This document shows, piece by piece, positions 13,255 to 27,599 of a stretch of 64,000 nt of DNA; within the stretch, counting starts at the first letter, position 1, and the number at the start of each line of letters is the position of its first letter. This stretch comes from Octopus vulgaris (lineage: Eukaryota). The translations under genes and the position numbers were made by a program. A model generated the notes under the pieces. It worked only from the letters and a program-made list of their open reading frames with translations, had not been told where the DNA came from and made no database searches. The stretch lies in the NCBI GenBank assembly GCA_951406725.2, contig OX597821.1, positions 61,628,001 through 61,692,000 of the forward strand, read 5' to 3'.

Positions 13255-14600
13255 AATGTCATGGATGCTCCATGGATACATAACACCAAAGCTGCCTGCA
13301 TTAATATTCTCTAGAAATTTGCTAGATGTTTCCGATTCCGTTTTGAGGGATATTTCACTAACTTTTCAACCCTTCCTACCCCACCACGTTCCAATCAACA
13401 TATCACTGTCAATAATTCTTTCCCCATTCCCTTGTAGCTTTGTCTCAAATCATTTTACCTTCTTTGAATTATCTTCTTTTCATATCTTTTCATTATATCT
13501 ATGTCTATTTCCATTTTCCGAATACGCTACAGAGCTCTGCTTCCCCCAAAAGGCAATTCCGTGTCATCTATCGGTCTATTGTTCTCACTTTCAACATCTC
13601 AAAGAATGAGAAGGCTATTGTATATAATTAATCAACGTCTTTGCTCTCTCTCACTCTCTCTCTTTCCTTAATGACCACTTGGATATCACCTATAAAGCCA
13701 GTTCTACATCAGACTTACTCAAGGATGACATTCACTACTGATTTTCTCTTCTGGGAAATCTGATGAAATCTATAATGCTGGAAATGACATCAACAAAGCA
13801 TTTAACGATACTTAATAGCTAAAATGCTCGCCTAGTCTACAACAGTCTCACATTATTTACTATTGACAATTCCGTCACAACTATACCGTTTCAACGTTTG
13901 CAAATCGACAGTCCGCGATTGGTCCACCACCAACACAAGTGCACCCCGAAGTTTCTTAAATCATGCCGAAGCTTTTCTTCAGAAATGTACAATATGTTAT
14001 ATAAGTAAAATAACCTTACTGTCCTCTTTACAATTCTGCCCACTGATTCAACAAAATCCTTTGGAGATGAATCACGTCTATGGGTTGCGACCTATTGAAT
14101 ACTCAATACTTGTACAGGGCCATTAAAACATCAACATTTTCGATTAATGAGGAATAGAATAATAAGGTATAGGAAGAAAATTTACCTTTACATCATTCCA
14201 CAATACACAAAAACTTGAAGAACGCTAAAAAAAATCCTAAAATATTTGCGGATTTTCAGTGCTTCCATATACGAATAAAGCATCACCAACAACGCATTAC
14301 ACAGATTACAATTTTTTTTTAGGAATTCTTAATATTCCAGTCACTAAAATTTCCTGACACTTCACTTGGTCTGATTGAAACAAGCATTGGTGCCCTCCTC
14401 CCGATCCCTCATTGACTCATATATATTTTTCTACTAGTCGGCTCTTTTTCTACAAAACACTACAATAGAATATTGTCTTCTAAGTTACCTACTTGCATCT
14501 GCTCTGTATCAGTTCTACCTCTTGATGCATTACGTCACAATGGCATCTATAAAATTTCAGCCATTGAGGGCTTTGGAACTTTGTAAAAAGCACTTGCAAC
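13255..14600 (+). mobile_element. Highly decayed LINE RT remnant (CR1/L2/Jockey group)
   Basis: C/T-rich coding-like composition; DINKAFN (cf. DxSKAFD) at ~13786; no continuous frame. Confidence 0.35.
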
Positions 14601-14931
14601 TTATAATTTTCGAACCAATGTTGAGATACAAATCGTCAAACATATCCTTTTACAAAGACATATGTGGTTTTGTAGCGAAAAAAGGGTAACAAACAAAGAA
14701 TGGGAAAGTGAAAGAAAGAGAGAGAGAGACAGACAGAGACAGAGAGAGAGACAGAGAGAGAGAGACAGAGATACAGAAAGACAGAGACAGAGACAGATAG
14801 ATAGAAAGGGACAGAAATAGATCAATTCCTGATAAAACAGAGAATAAATTCTCAACACGGCGGAATGTGAACTGACGGCAAAATGTTCTTGAAGCGACGT
14901 ATCCGAGGCTCGAACGACGTTGCTAATTGTT

Positions 14932-14965
<34 letters not shown>

Positions 14966-15033
14966 CTATTACAGGCGTCAATTAGCGTTCCGAAAATTAT
15001 ACATATATTCTTATGCATACATACATGTGTTTG

Positions 15034-15067
<34 letters not shown>

Positions 15068-16762
15068 TGGGGGAGAGAGAGAGAACAAGAGAGAGAATGA
15101 CAGTGACCTACAGGAAGCGAAAGAAACAATCGACATAACAAAGAGCCACAAAAAGAAATATGATGAGAGATAAAGAATATTGATCAACAAAAGCCGAACA
15201 CTATTTATACCGGCAAAAACTGAATATGAGAACATGAGAACAATCAAAGACTACGAATTTCTAGTGAAGGGCATTTTGAATAGAATGTTATTCTAAAGGT
15301 GTTGAAAGAAGTGAGCATCAATATATTCAAAATATATAATTTAATCTATGTAGTATCTGCAATAGTTCACAAAAGGAAGTCTGTACAATATCAAAACATA
15401 TCATAAAGGGATAACTCAGTAAACAATGGAAAATAAATACACAGCGAGCGGCGGAAAAGAAAGTAAAAAGATCATTTAATGCTTAAATCACAAACGGAGC
15501 GACATCAATGGAAACAATAAGACGGCAAAGCACAACTGGAATAAAAGATAACAAATTAAGAAATAATACAACAAATTATAGTTAACTCACAAAGAATACG
15601 TCGTTTTGTATAGAGTTAGAACTCTTTTGAATAGAAATGAGTTTCCAAGCCAGTCCCAAAAGGCCACATCAAAAACGAAAATCAAAACAGGAAAATCAAA
15701 AGGAAAAGAAAGAGAATAAAATTATGATTTTAGGAGACTAATTGACATATATGGTTTTAACTTGTAAGAATGTCAAAATAACAAGAACCGATGAGGGGCG
15801 AATGTAGAAATGAAGAGATACGTACTAAATAATAGTTAAGAACTTCTAGCTAAATTACTTAACATGAATTCACAATACATTTGCTGAAATATTCAACAAT
15901 CTTGGAGGAAAATAAGCTCACTGATTCACATGGAACTCTATTTTTATAACTAAGAATGGTAAACGTCACTACCTATAAATTACACCTCCCAAAACTCATT
16001 TACCTACAGCATATAACATATTTATAATAATATTTTCATCAATAATGCATACATACGTCAATGAACGTCAACATAACATCAGAAGAACATTTGTTTTGTA
16101 AAACCGTAAATATGCAGAATGTTCAATTATTGGTCAATAAAGGTAGAACTGAGAAATTTATGCGGAAAGCAAAGCAATAGAGGATGGTATAGATAAATTA
16201 CCAAAAGTGTTAGATAGGGTTCATGAGTCTTAAGTTCAAGAAAACATAGCTATATGTAAAGAAGCCGCTAAAAAAGTAAGTGTATAAGGATGCTGAATTC
16301 TGTGGCTAGGTTTTAATGCGAAGTCGATGGAAAGTGAATTACACGCTGTTTAGAAACCGTGCTTCTGCTATGGTTAATTGCAAACAAAAACAACTACTTG
16401 GTCATAAAGAACCCCACCCCCACCCACACACACACACACACACACAAAATGGGCGGTCAAAATGATCTAATCAAGAAAAAATAAAGAGTTAAAAGAAAAA
16501 AGAAATTAAAACAACAGCAAACAAAATAAAAACTGAAATTCAAAATGATAGAGATCGTAGAATTCCACATGGTAACATTTAACGAAATACACAGGCCGAC
16601 AAAAGCTATATATGATTGACAATATATGCTTAGCAACGAACAAAGTCATACAGAATCAGTGAGGTTCGAGTTGAATCGAGTCTTATAAAAAGGATGAATT
16701 AAACAATAATCACGCAATTTGTTGCATTCTCGTACACATCGTATTTCGAAAGCAACATAATA

Positions 16763-17035
16763 TGTAGAGCAGTCGAGGAATCGCGGGTTCGAATCTCAAA
16801 CCGGGCGATGTGTCTGTTTATGAGCGAAAAACCTAAGCTCCACACAGCTCCAGCAGAAATTAATGGCGAACTTCTGCTGACTCTTTCGACACAACTTTCT
16901 CTCACACTTTCCTCCTGCATCTTGCAGCTCACATGCGACGGACTGGCGTTCCGTCCAGGCGGGGAACTTATACGCCACGGAAACCGGGAAACCGGCCCTC
17001 ATGAGCCAGGCATGGCTCGAGAAGGGACAAACATA
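16763..17035 (+). mobile_element. tRNA-derived SINE with a V-domain-like core
   Basis: Pol III B-box GGTTCGAATC at ~16786; GCGACGGACTGGCGTTCCGTCCAGG resembles the V-SINE core as I recall it; short AAAC tail. Confidence 0.7.
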
Positions 17036-18066
17036 CTTCTTCTAGACTACAGATATAGTCTGCCAGTACTAAAACGGAAGATGTGCTTGCTATTTTGTCA
17101 CAGTTCAGCAGAGACAGACGGAGTAGGTCTTGTGGGAAAGGCATTTCAAATTGGATTATCCTGTATTTTGGTATGTCCAATTATTCCAGGTGATGTTGTT
17201 CCAGTAAAATACGGCATGGTTTCATTAATGTTTGCTACAATGCCTACTTTGTTAAGAATGTCTGCTTTGTGGCTCTGTCGTTGCCTACGTTCAAAAGACA
17301 GTTGACTACATATGTGAACACAACAGCGTATCATTACGCGATTACACATTTACATAAAGCATAATTAACTACTGTGAATATGACATAAGGTAATTTAAGC
17401 ATTATTTTAAAGGACAGTTGTAGGAAACGGAATGGTTTTAATTTCGTGCAATGAAAATACCAATTTTTAGCGATGTAAGTAAGTTAAACTACATTCTCCG
17501 CATTCCCCAAACTTGTCATCTCGGAGAAATTGAAAATATGACGTTAAATTAACAATAAACTCAATAGCAATCGTCTTCAAATTACTAAAATATGTAATTT
17601 GAGATTTACTTTGAACATTATCGGAAACTGCATTGACAGATCAACGTAGAAAGCCTGTTTGCTACCGTTCATCCTGACAGAAATATTAGCTTATAAAATT
17701 ACTCTGAAATCACTCACAGAAGAACATACATAATATAGTTACAAATACACAATGTCTACAAAAAGTGGAGGGAATGATCAAGCATATCTTTGATCGTGGG
17801 TCTATTGGATTAGAGTTGATCTGAGTTGAAGAAGAGCTTTAACGATTACCTTTGTAAAATGTAGAACAAACAATACGTCGTTACTTATTAGAAAGTAAAA
17901 CTATAATTGTTTAACAGAATAGAGATTCAACTAATATCCTGTTGCAATGCTATTTGTAATTCAAAACTGGTTTTCCAAAATATTACTTAATACGACCACT
18001 AAAAGTTCACTAATTCACGATAAATGTTCTTACAGACTAAAAACACAGTATCTACGCTTTGTGCAA

Positions 18067-18121
<55 letters not shown>

Positions 18122-18683
18122 TTGGGTTGTCCGGAAAGTTCGTGCCGATTTATAGTAGCTTACCTTTTGACTTATTTTAGACCATGGTTGTGTCCGTAAA
18201 ATAGGATTTGACTACCCTTTAGAGCACAGTTTAATCGATCTTTTCGTGGAAGAAGGCTTATGTTCATATAACCTGTGTTAATTCTATAACCCTTTAAATT
18301 GGAAGATAAGAAAGTTCATTTTCGAAGCTTGATGCTTTGGGTACCAGACAAAAATTGCTGCAGCTCGGCTGGGATGTATTACCTCACCCTCCATATTCAC
18401 CAGATATTGCTCCTTCGGATTTCCACTTATTCAGGTGTCTGCAGAATAGTCTTAATGGTGAAAATTTCAATTCCTTGGATGACGTAAAAAGATACCTTGA
18501 TGAATTCTTTGCCATGAAACCACCTCAATTCTGGGAAGAGGATATTTTCAAGCTAAAGGAAAGACGGAGACGCATTGTGCAGCAAAATGGTTCGCATTTT
18601 GGTTGATTAAAAATGTAATGGCAAGTATTTATTGACCTTTTTCTTTCCTTTAAAAATCGGCACGAACTTTCCGGACAAACCAA
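18122..18683 (+). mobile_element. Internally deleted non-autonomous mariner inserted in (AAT)n
   Basis: 30-bp TIRs TTGGGTTGTCCGGAAAGTTCGTGCCGATTT; TA at the right end; transposase start MEDKKVHFR fused to the C-terminus WDVLPHPPYSPDIAPSDFHLF. Confidence 0.95.
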
Positions 18684-18693
18684 TAAAAATAAA

Positions 18694-18764
<71 letters not shown>

Positions 18765-19529
18765 TAATAATAATAATAATAATAATATTGCGAAAAATGT
18801 TCTCTGCGATACGAAACTATTATATCGTTTGATTGTACCCCCAAAGAGAAACATCTCGGGCTATTCAGCGTATCTACATCACTAAAAATGTGAATAATAG
18901 AAAATGAAAACGAAATTTACGACGCTGCATAAGAAAATGTATTTGCTGGATGTTCTTATTGTTGACTTTTTATGATATACAGAAGTTTCGTGAGTGCAGC
19001 CAATTGTGATTTTAAAAGAATTGCCATTGGCAATCGTAAATACGACAGTTGTAAGTAAAATCACGCATCATAATTACATTTGGGCAAAGGAAATATACTT
19101 TATGAAGAAAGTACAATTGCAAACGAGAATGAATTAATTTGAATATTAATTTCTAAAACTCATTCTCATAGCATAAAATCTAATGTTTTTATAATGAAAA
19201 TTAATGATCATATATAAAGTAATGTTTTCTGGCAATCATTGAAGTCAATGAATGCAGTACCCAGTACCTGAATTATGATATCTTTTAAAACGCCACCTTT
19301 TACGAAATAAATCTGATCTAACTTCTAATGTTTACAAATTCTACGGGTAAGAGCTTGAAGAATAAATCTAGTTTTTAGCGTTTCCCATTACGTTTCCTGG
19401 TCACAGAGAAAAACGGTTTGATACGCACCATTGTTGATTTAAGCCATAACTGCACAGTAAATAGATTATAATTGAACAATAGCATTCTCATAAACTGTCT
19501 TAATACTTAGCTGAAATAGTTTCTTTACA

Positions 19530-19590
<61 letters not shown>

Positions 19591-19957
19591 TACAAAAACA
19601 AAAAGACCTACTTTCACAATGCGAAAAGCAGATACATACACACAACCATATATGTAAAGGTGTATATATAATAGCTAGGATATATAATAGCTAGGATATA
19701 TAAATGACGGCCTAAAATATGCCACAAATAGGTGACACGGATGGCATCTCAGGTGTTTACAAGCTCAAATTGATCTAATTCATTGTTTACCTTGACACAC
19801 AAGTGTGGAAATAAACGCATATTAGGTAACTTACTATATTCGGATTTCCAGTAAAAGGTAAATCGGTAAAATGATTAAGCGGAAGCGTATACATTGTTAC
19901 ATCTATGCACGCAGATACACACACAACTTATATGTGTGTGTGAGCGTGTGTGCGCGC

Positions 19958-20040
<83 letters not shown>

Positions 20041-20059
20041 TATGTTTGTATAAATTATA

Positions 20060-20430
20060 TATAAACTCTTCAAATACATTCAACAAAACTGGAAAAAGCA
20101 TCGTAATGATGCAATCATACAAAAGCTAATAAAATTCGAAGCATTTCTCAATGGAATTAATGAAAATATTCAATTCACCATGGAATATACTCTCAATTTT
20201 GGACATCCTTCTGGCGAAAGTCAAAATACTAATATAAACGGAGACTTATAATATTTCGAAATACAAGCATTATTTTCATTCAGTTCGTGCAATCGGAGGT
20301 ATAACCCAGCAACATGGTTTTGTACAATAGTATCTGATATAAACATCTGTGACATAAGGCCCCAAAAACTGGAAGACACACTGTTTTTCCAGGAGTTACA
20401 CATCATCCTTGGGTAATTACATGGAAATTA
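20060..20430 (+). mobile_element. Old Penelope-like RT remnant
   Basis: KYIQQNWKK...FLNGINENIQFTMEY parallels YIKENWKR...LLNSINPNIQFTMEY of the PLE at 26.1-26.4 kb. Confidence 0.7.
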
Positions 20431-20614
20431 CACACTGGGGATTTATCATTATACATCTTTTATAAGCTCCCTCATTTCTACAGTTTTGTACGTTTGCCTA
20501 CTAAGAACCTCCTATCGAGTGTTTCATACTTTACTCCCTATATATACGCAAACACACACACACACACACGCATACATATACATACACACATGCATGCATA
20601 CATACATACATACA

Positions 20615-20643
<29 letters not shown>
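20408..20643 (+). repeat. Left copy of a ~235-bp long-range inverted duplication
   Basis: Reverse complement of 29381-29615; three mismatches seen in ~145 bp of unique sequence, followed by the same CA/CATG/CATA microsatellite order. Confidence 0.95.
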
Positions 20644-20645
<2 letters not shown>

Positions 20646-20943
20646 GAGCGCAAAAATTTAGTATTCAGGAAATACTGGAATACAGAAAAATAGGAGCCAA
20701 TAATCATTTTCTTCACCTTGGTAGGTTTGGTGGCAACTCAACACACTAACAAAGAAACATTTTTCACTATCAATCCCCAGCCACGTGTGCTTTTCTCCGG
20801 CAGAGGAAGGGAGACAACAACAAATAACGCCGATAGTTCTGCTACACATGATGGGGACAACATTACAATTACTTACTTGTGTTGTAGATTGGAATCTACT
20901 ATAAGATTACTGGTAGGTCGTAGATTTTACAAACTACAATGTA

Positions 20944-22103
20944 TTGGGCTGAGGAATAATTCATGAGCGTTTTTCTTAAATTTATTTCAAATCAATCAAT
21001 AATATACTCTCCGTTGTTGATTACGACTTCTAAGTTCATTAAGTTTTCCGATGTCTCGACGACGAAAATCTCCCGGTCTTGACTGAAAGCATTCGTGCAA
21101 ACAAGCTCTAAATTCCACGTAGCTGAAGAATATGGACGATGAGGCAATACTTCCCATTCGACTAGAATTGCGGATTTAGTCGTAATGGCGATGTGAGAAC
21201 GCGCGATGTCTTGTTACAGAAGAACGCCAATTCGCCTATTCGGTCTTTTTTGCTGAATTACTTCGTTGAGTCGATGCAGTTTTTGAACGTAGAGCTCCGC
21301 ATTTTATGCTTGGTTGCGCTCAAGCAGTTCATAATGAATTATGCTTTCCCAGTCCCACCGTACACACAACATGAACTTTCGAGTATAAAGGTCTTGTTTT
21401 GCTCGTGGTGTCGCTTGTTTGTCGGGGCTGAGCCATTTTTTTCGCTGCCTCATATTGACGTAAAGGTACAATTTTTCCTCTCAGTGATAATGCGCTAAGG
21501 AAAACGTTGTTTATGACAATGTGTTGTGCGATGTCGCGCGAGCAAATTGGCGGCGATTGTGGAGCGTCGATTTTTGTTGTTTGTGCTCAAAGTGCGTGGA
21601 ACCCAAGCGCCGAGTTTCTGAGCCTTGCCCATTAGATGATGGTGGTTCACCACAGATTTTTTTAAATCAAAATCCATCTACTTCACCAATTCTCTTGTCA
21701 TTTGACGTGGATTTTCGAACTCACTTTGTCTACCGCTCTTCATCGAACTCAAATGTGATCTGTCTTTGAGGTAAAAATTCCCATTTTTGATGCGCGAAAA
21801 CAAATGGTGGGTGGTACTTTGAGGCATTGCTTCTTTTCGATACATAGCACAGAACTCACGAGCAGCTTCGGCGGCCTTAATATCTCGATTAAGTGCAAAA
21901 AGCAAATGCTGTCGAAAATGCTCAGTTTTGCCCACTTGACATTCCATTTTAATCATCTGAAAATATACAAAAATCTACCTTATAGAACAAAAAATGATCT
22001 TTTAAATAGCATAAAACATTTCGCCAATGTGTTTTATTTCTACGTGTATTTTTAAATTTGAAAACAAAAAAAAAAAAACGCTCATGAATTATTCCTGAAG
22101 GAA
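20944..22103 (-). mobile_element. Mariner transposon with disrupted transposase
   Basis: TIR core AGGAATAATTCATGAGCGTTTT at both ends with TA flanks; HTH region EHFRQHLLF..AAEAAREFCAMY; GAWVPRTLS (WVPHEL motif); frameshifted. Confidence 0.9.
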
Positions 22104-22691
22104 TACATGGAAAACAGCTACAAGACATCACCACTGGTACTAGAAGCAAGGAGCACTAAGTGTTACTGCTGCTGCTACTGCTACTACTACTACTAGCCTT
22201 CTTTTACCACAACTACCAGCAAAACCAACTGCTACTACTTTCATCAACCGAGGGAGGGCAACAATCATCACAAAACTATGCTACTGCTACTATTTTTCCT
22301 CCTACCACTAATAGAAGTGGCTACCGTCGCCTTTAGAAACCGGCTGCCTCTACGAACTAGCATTGATTGGGAGGAAACAAGATACAGCACAGTGTAATTT
22401 GTATGCGAAGAAATGTGACTTGCAAAAATAATATTGTGAAAGTTTAACTTGATATGTTTAAGTTGTTTTCTCATTTTACTGAAGCATGAAGTCATTGGCT
22501 TAAACAACCGAAATCAGTAGCTGCCAAGTTAAAAATCATACTGATTGTCTTTCTGTTTTCCATGATAAAGTTCTCTAAACATATTTTTATTCTTATTTTT
22601 CATTGCATACACACATACATACATACGCGCGCGCATTACACACGTACACATGACACACACAGACACACAGACACACACATACACACACACA

Positions 22692-22744
<53 letters not shown>

Positions 22745-22767
22745 CACATATATGGAAAAATATAAGC

Positions 22768-23131
22768 GAGTTCGCTCAGGGTAGCAGATCCAGAAGACTA
22801 CCAAACCTGAGATTTGAGGACACATGCAAGAGCAGCCTTACCACGTACCACATGAGAGTAAAGACTTGGGAAAGTTTAGCTGAGACGAGAACGGCATGGA
22901 AAACCTCAGTGAATAAGGGAGTTGAACAGCTTGAGGAAGAAAAGATCGTGGCCGTAGAAGCAGAAAGCCTAAGAGAGAAAGTCAACCTACCGCAGTCTTA
23001 CAGTAACTTACATGCTTGCAGATTTTATAGCAGAACTTGTTTAGTAAACATAAGAAGCTGCAGGAAAAAGAATATGAGTACTGAAGGCATTCCCTGTTGC
23101 TTAGACCGTCTGGCAAGACCTAAGGAGCCAA
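22768..23131 (+). mobile_element. RTE-clade LINE 3' fragment
   Basis: EFAQGSRSRRLPNLRFEDTCKSSL..KTWESLAETRTAWKTSVNKG aligns with the C-terminus of the 897-aa RTE ORF. Confidence 0.8.
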
Positions 23132-23137
23132 TATATT

Positions 23138-24394
23138 CAGGGGTTGGGCAAAATAATGGAAACACCTTAAATTTTCAAACAAATTTATTTTAATGTGGGA
23201 TAGGAACGCCTTTGTCTGTAATTAAAGCTTGAATTATACCAGGTAAGGACTCGTACAAAGTTTGAATTGTTTCCAAAGAAATGTTTGTCCATTCTTCAGC
23301 TAAAACCGTCTCCAGTTCTTGTAGTGATGATGGTGGAGGATATCAACTCATTGCTTGTTTTTTTTTTAAATGCACCATAAATGTTCAATAATATTGAGAT
23401 CTGTGAACGGTGGTGGCCAGATAAGATGTTCAACTTCACTAGAAATTTCCTCATGCCATTCAGTACCAACTTTAGCTGTGTGAATCGGTGCATTATCATC
23501 CTGAGAGATTGCGTTTCCCTCCGGAAACAGTCCCGCAACCATAGGATGAATTTGCTCAGATAAAATGCTTAAATAGTCTTGACTGTTACTTCTGTCATGA
23601 GGAGGGGGCATTGGGCCGGAGGATTTCCAAGATATAGTCCCCCAGATCATCACAGATCCTCCTCCATATTTAACAGTTGGGAGAAGGCAGTCTAAGTCAA
23701 ATGCTTCTTTTGATTGTCTCCACACGTATACTCGGCCGGTGGTCGGAAATAAGGCAAAGAATGATTCGTCTGAGAACATAACATTCTTCCACTGCCCTAG
23801 GGACTAATTTTGTAGGTTTTTACTTCACTCTAAACGCTTTGCAATGTTTGTTTTTGAAAGTAGTAGTTTTCTGATTGCAGCCCTTTCGTAGAATCCGGCT
23901 TTGTGCAGCTCCCGGTGAACAGTTTTTGTGGAAGCTGGGTTCTCGAGGTGGTCATTAAGCTCTGCAGTAATTTGCGGTGCTGTACTTTTTTATCCTTTCT
24001 AACAAATCGTGAAGTGTCTGACGGTCCCTATCTAAAAGTTTTGGTTTTCTTCCGGAGATTTCTTCCCTCTTTCTCAAATGCTGTCATTACATTCGAAACA
24101 TTAGTTCTTGATACACCAAACACTTCGGCTATTTTCGTTACGCTAGCGCCTGCCATACCAGCACCAACAATTTGACCTCTTTGAAAGTCTGATAGATTTG
24201 TCATTTTAATGAATTTCAATTACGTTTTCTGATGATATCTGAAAAGAAATAGCAATTTTAGCAAAACATATTATGCAACACTAATAATAAATCAAAGAAA
24301 ATAAAAAAATTAACAAACATTTGACGGTTTTATAGATATCTCAAAATAATGATGCTATGATGCTAGGTGTTTCCATTATTTTGTCCAACCCCCG
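23138..24394 (-). mobile_element. Tc1-like DD34E transposon with disrupted transposase
   Basis: TIRs CAGGGGTTGGGCAAAATAATGGAAACACCT / AGGTGTTTCCATTATTTTGTCCAACCCCCG-TA; motifs LSDFQRGQIVGA, FSDES, QDDNAPIH, DLNIIEHLW. Confidence 0.93.
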
Positions 24395-24681
24395 TACACA
24401 CATACACATATATTATGTTTGTGTGTGTATATATATATATATATGTGTGTGTGTAATAGTATTATGTAATAGTATTATGTAATAGTATTATGTAATAGTA
24501 TTATAAATATACCAGGTGATTTGTAGTACTTATTATATTAGTTTATTTTAGTTATTTAGGTTCTGTTTTTAATTATTGTTAGATTATATATAGTTGTTCA
24601 TTTTATTACTAAATATTTTATTACTAAATATATTTTTAATAAATATTTAATGGTTTATTGAATATAGAGTCTGATATTTCA

Positions 24682-24748
24682 ATCACCTGAAGAATGACTG
24701 TAACTCGAATTTTTACGAATTGGACAGCCATGAAACGATCGTAGTGTT
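24682..24748 (+). ncRNA. Type I hammerhead ribozyme motif in a PLE-type terminal repeat
   Basis: cac-CTGAAGA-atgactgt..acagccat-GAAAC-gatc-GTA-gtg: intact core, stem II, palindromic stem III ACGATCGT, GUA cleavage triplet. Confidence 0.75.
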
Positions 24749-24873
24749 ATACTAATTATCTTTTTTTAATAATTTTGATATATATTTAAAATAATATAAA
24801 TTAATTAATCTTATGTATTGGCTTAAGTTTTTGATTGTATGTCTTGCCTAATAATGGTTTTATCTCTAATTTA

Positions 24874-24940
<67 letters not shown>

Positions 24941-25039
24941 AATAGTAAAAAGTGAAAAAACTACAGAAGGCTTAAATGTTAAAAAATATATATTTGCGTC
25001 AATATGTCTGAAGAATATTAAAAAATTTTTTTTCCTCTT

Positions 25040-27310
25040 ATAATGACATAATTTTGAAGAAAGACCGGTTTCGCATTTAGCTTTTCAAATTTCTTACGAC
25101 GTTATGTTTATGTTGAATAGAGTTATTGTTATGTTTATGTTCAAAAGAGTTCTAAATAAGGGGAGGCAATGAGTGATTTCTTCCGGTGTAAGGGAGATAA
25201 TCGCTTAAAAATTTTTCCTTTCCCTTGGTGTGAATTTCTCTGTATCAGTATGTTGGGATGGTTAAGTCTGGGCTTGTACTTTTCAATGAAGAATGTTTCC
25301 TTGTTTAGTCTAATTTGTGTTGATGATCCGAGAGCACATTGGTAAAATGGAAAGATTAAAAATTGTGGTAGTAGTTGCTTTGCGCATTTCTCAATGTGCT
25401 CACTAAAAGGTATCATTCTGTATTCTGGGAATGCAATCTGTTGTCGATGCAGTGTGCATCTACGTCTGAGTGATAGTCCCGTGGATCCCACGTAGTCTTG
25501 GTGGCAGCCCGAGCATTTTATGACATAAATTATGTTTTCAGAGGCACAAGTAAAGTTAGATTTGATCTTGAATTCTGTCCCTCTTTAAAGAGGAATTCTG
25601 ATCCTTCTAGCAGGTTTGGACATGTTGCACAGTTCGATCTACCACATTTTTTTACTTTTGCATCCGTAATTTCAGAAGACAATTTTGCCTTTGTGAGAAT
25701 CTTTTTAAGTGATTTGGGTTGTTTGTAGCTTTTAATGATTTGGTGTATGTTTAGAATTTCCTTTAATTTGGGGTCCTTATGAAGTATTGGTAAATTCTGG
25801 GTGATGATGGTGAAGGCTTCTTTGTTTCTGGGGTTGTATGTAGATATGTAAGGTAGTATTTTCGGGGAAGGTGTGTTGTTGTGTTGAACTTTTCTTAAAG
25901 TTTCTATGTTGATTTCTGTTGCACGTCTGATCCCATCCTCTATGAGTTGAGTTGGGTAATGTCTGTCAATTAGGGTGTTTTTGAGTTCTTGCAGTCTAAA
26001 GTTCCTGGTATTTTGTTCTGACACTATTGTGCATATCCTTCTTGCAAGGTTGAAGGGGATGTTTGTTTTAGTGTGTCTTGGGTGGCATGAATTAAAAAGA
26101 AGGTATTGTTTGGCGTCTGTGGCTTTGTAAAAAATGTCTGTTTCTATTTTAAGGTTAATTTTTTAATTAGTATATCCAAGAACGGGAGCTCCTTTTGGTT
26201 GTATTCCATTGTGAACTGTATATTTGGGTTTATGCTGTTCAATAGGTTTTTACATTTTAGGAGTTTATCTGTGTTTTCATTCCAGAGCATAAAACAATCG
26301 TCTAGGAATCGTTTCCAATTCTCTTTTATGTATTGAGAAAGGGAGTTTCCAAAGATTGATAAAGATTCCTGGTAAATGATTATTTCCATGTAGCCCATTG
26401 TTAGGTTCGCAATGACTGGTGCTGCCCTTGTACCCATAGCAATTCCGGATTTTTGACGGTAAAATGTATTGTCAAACATGAAGTGGTTATTGTGTAGGAT
26501 GAGTTCAATTGATTTAGTAATGAATTCTTTACTGATCCTTTTTGGTATTTCTTCCGGAAATTGGTCCAGCCAGAACTATATTGCCTCTAGTCCATAATTA
26601 TGAGGTATACTGGTATATAAGTTAACTACATCAAATGAAACCAGGATTGTTTCTTCCTTGGCTTTTTTTTTTGGAAGGTGGTTTAACATATCTAAGTCAT
26701 CTCTGATATGGCTATCGATATGTTTAAGGAAGGGTTTCAGGAGGATGTCCTTAAATAGACTTAGTCTGTGTGTTTCACAGGTTGGGCCAGCTACAATGGG
26801 TCGTAGTTTTAGGTCCCCGGGTTAGGTGTGTGTATGTATGTCTTTGGTGATTTTTTAATGGTTTCATTTATAATTTGACTTTTATGAATTTTTGGCAGAC
26901 CATAGAAAAGGCTAGGTTTGCATTTAAAGTTTGTTAGAAAGTCAATCTCTTTGGTTGTTAGTTCCTTTTCATGGGTTTTAATTAGTGAAGATAGAGTTTT
27001 CATTATTTTTTGTGGGGTGTAGTTGGTAATTTTTTCATAATGTAGGTCGTCATCAAGCAAGGAAATTACAAGATTTCTGTAGTATGACGTATCCATTATT
27101 ACAACTGCATTTCCCTTGTCTGCTTCCTTAATGGTTATATCCTCATCATTTTGAAGTTCTATCAGTTCTTTCCATTGTGTAGTGTTAAAATTTGAGTTAA
27201 CTTTCTGTTTATGTATAGTATGGTAGGGAAAGTTCTCAATGTGGTTACAGAATTCGTCAAGATCTTTATTTCCTCCTCTGTGAGGGATGTGTTCACTTTT
27301 CTTCTTGACT
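25040..27310 (-). mobile_element. Penelope-like element (RT + GIY-YIG), frameshifted, 5'-truncated
   Basis: IKEADKGNAVVIMD, FYGLPKIHK, GIAMGTRAAPVIANL, WKRFLDDCF, IQFTME..LPFLDI, KKCGRSNCATC, YVGSTGLSLRRR...ETFFIEKYKPRLN; degenerate hammerhead at ~25057-25095 on the minus strand. Confidence 0.95.
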
Positions 27311-27346
27311 AGTGATATTGTATTTCGAGACGGTCATTTTTTGGTT

Positions 27347-27567
27347 AAATAAACACACGCACTATATATTAGTTCTTCACTCGTTTGTAACGGTTTTTAA
27401 TTTAACTCATGTCCATTGTCCAGGATTCTTTCATCACACACCTGTGACCTCTTCAGCAACACTTTTCCTGCTCGTTTGTGCTCTCGCATTTCCGGACAAT
27501 GGACATGGGTTAGGATAAGGATAGTAATACACGAGTAAAGAAAAATATATAGTGCGTGTGTTTATTT
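27347..27567. repeat. Imperfect fold-back with a hammerhead-like core
   Basis: Outer arms AAATAAACACACGCACTATATATT / AATATATAGTGCGTGTGTTTATTT; inner arms 27404-27425 and 27491-27511; minus-strand CTGAAGA-g-gtcac..gtgat-GAAA. Confidence 0.8.
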
Positions 27568-27599
27568 GGATTTTATTTGTTGTCTTTTTAGGAATATGA

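Noticed and set aside
16763-16810. tRNA-like A/B boxes here and in other SINE heads
   Set aside because: No complete cloverleaf; each continues into a SINE body.
16808-17305. 165-aa ORF
   Set aside because: Runs through a SINE and probable antisense LINE debris; no recognisable domain.
24455-24505. 13-bp minisatellite (TAATAGTATTATG)x4
   Set aside because: Ordinary slippage repeat.
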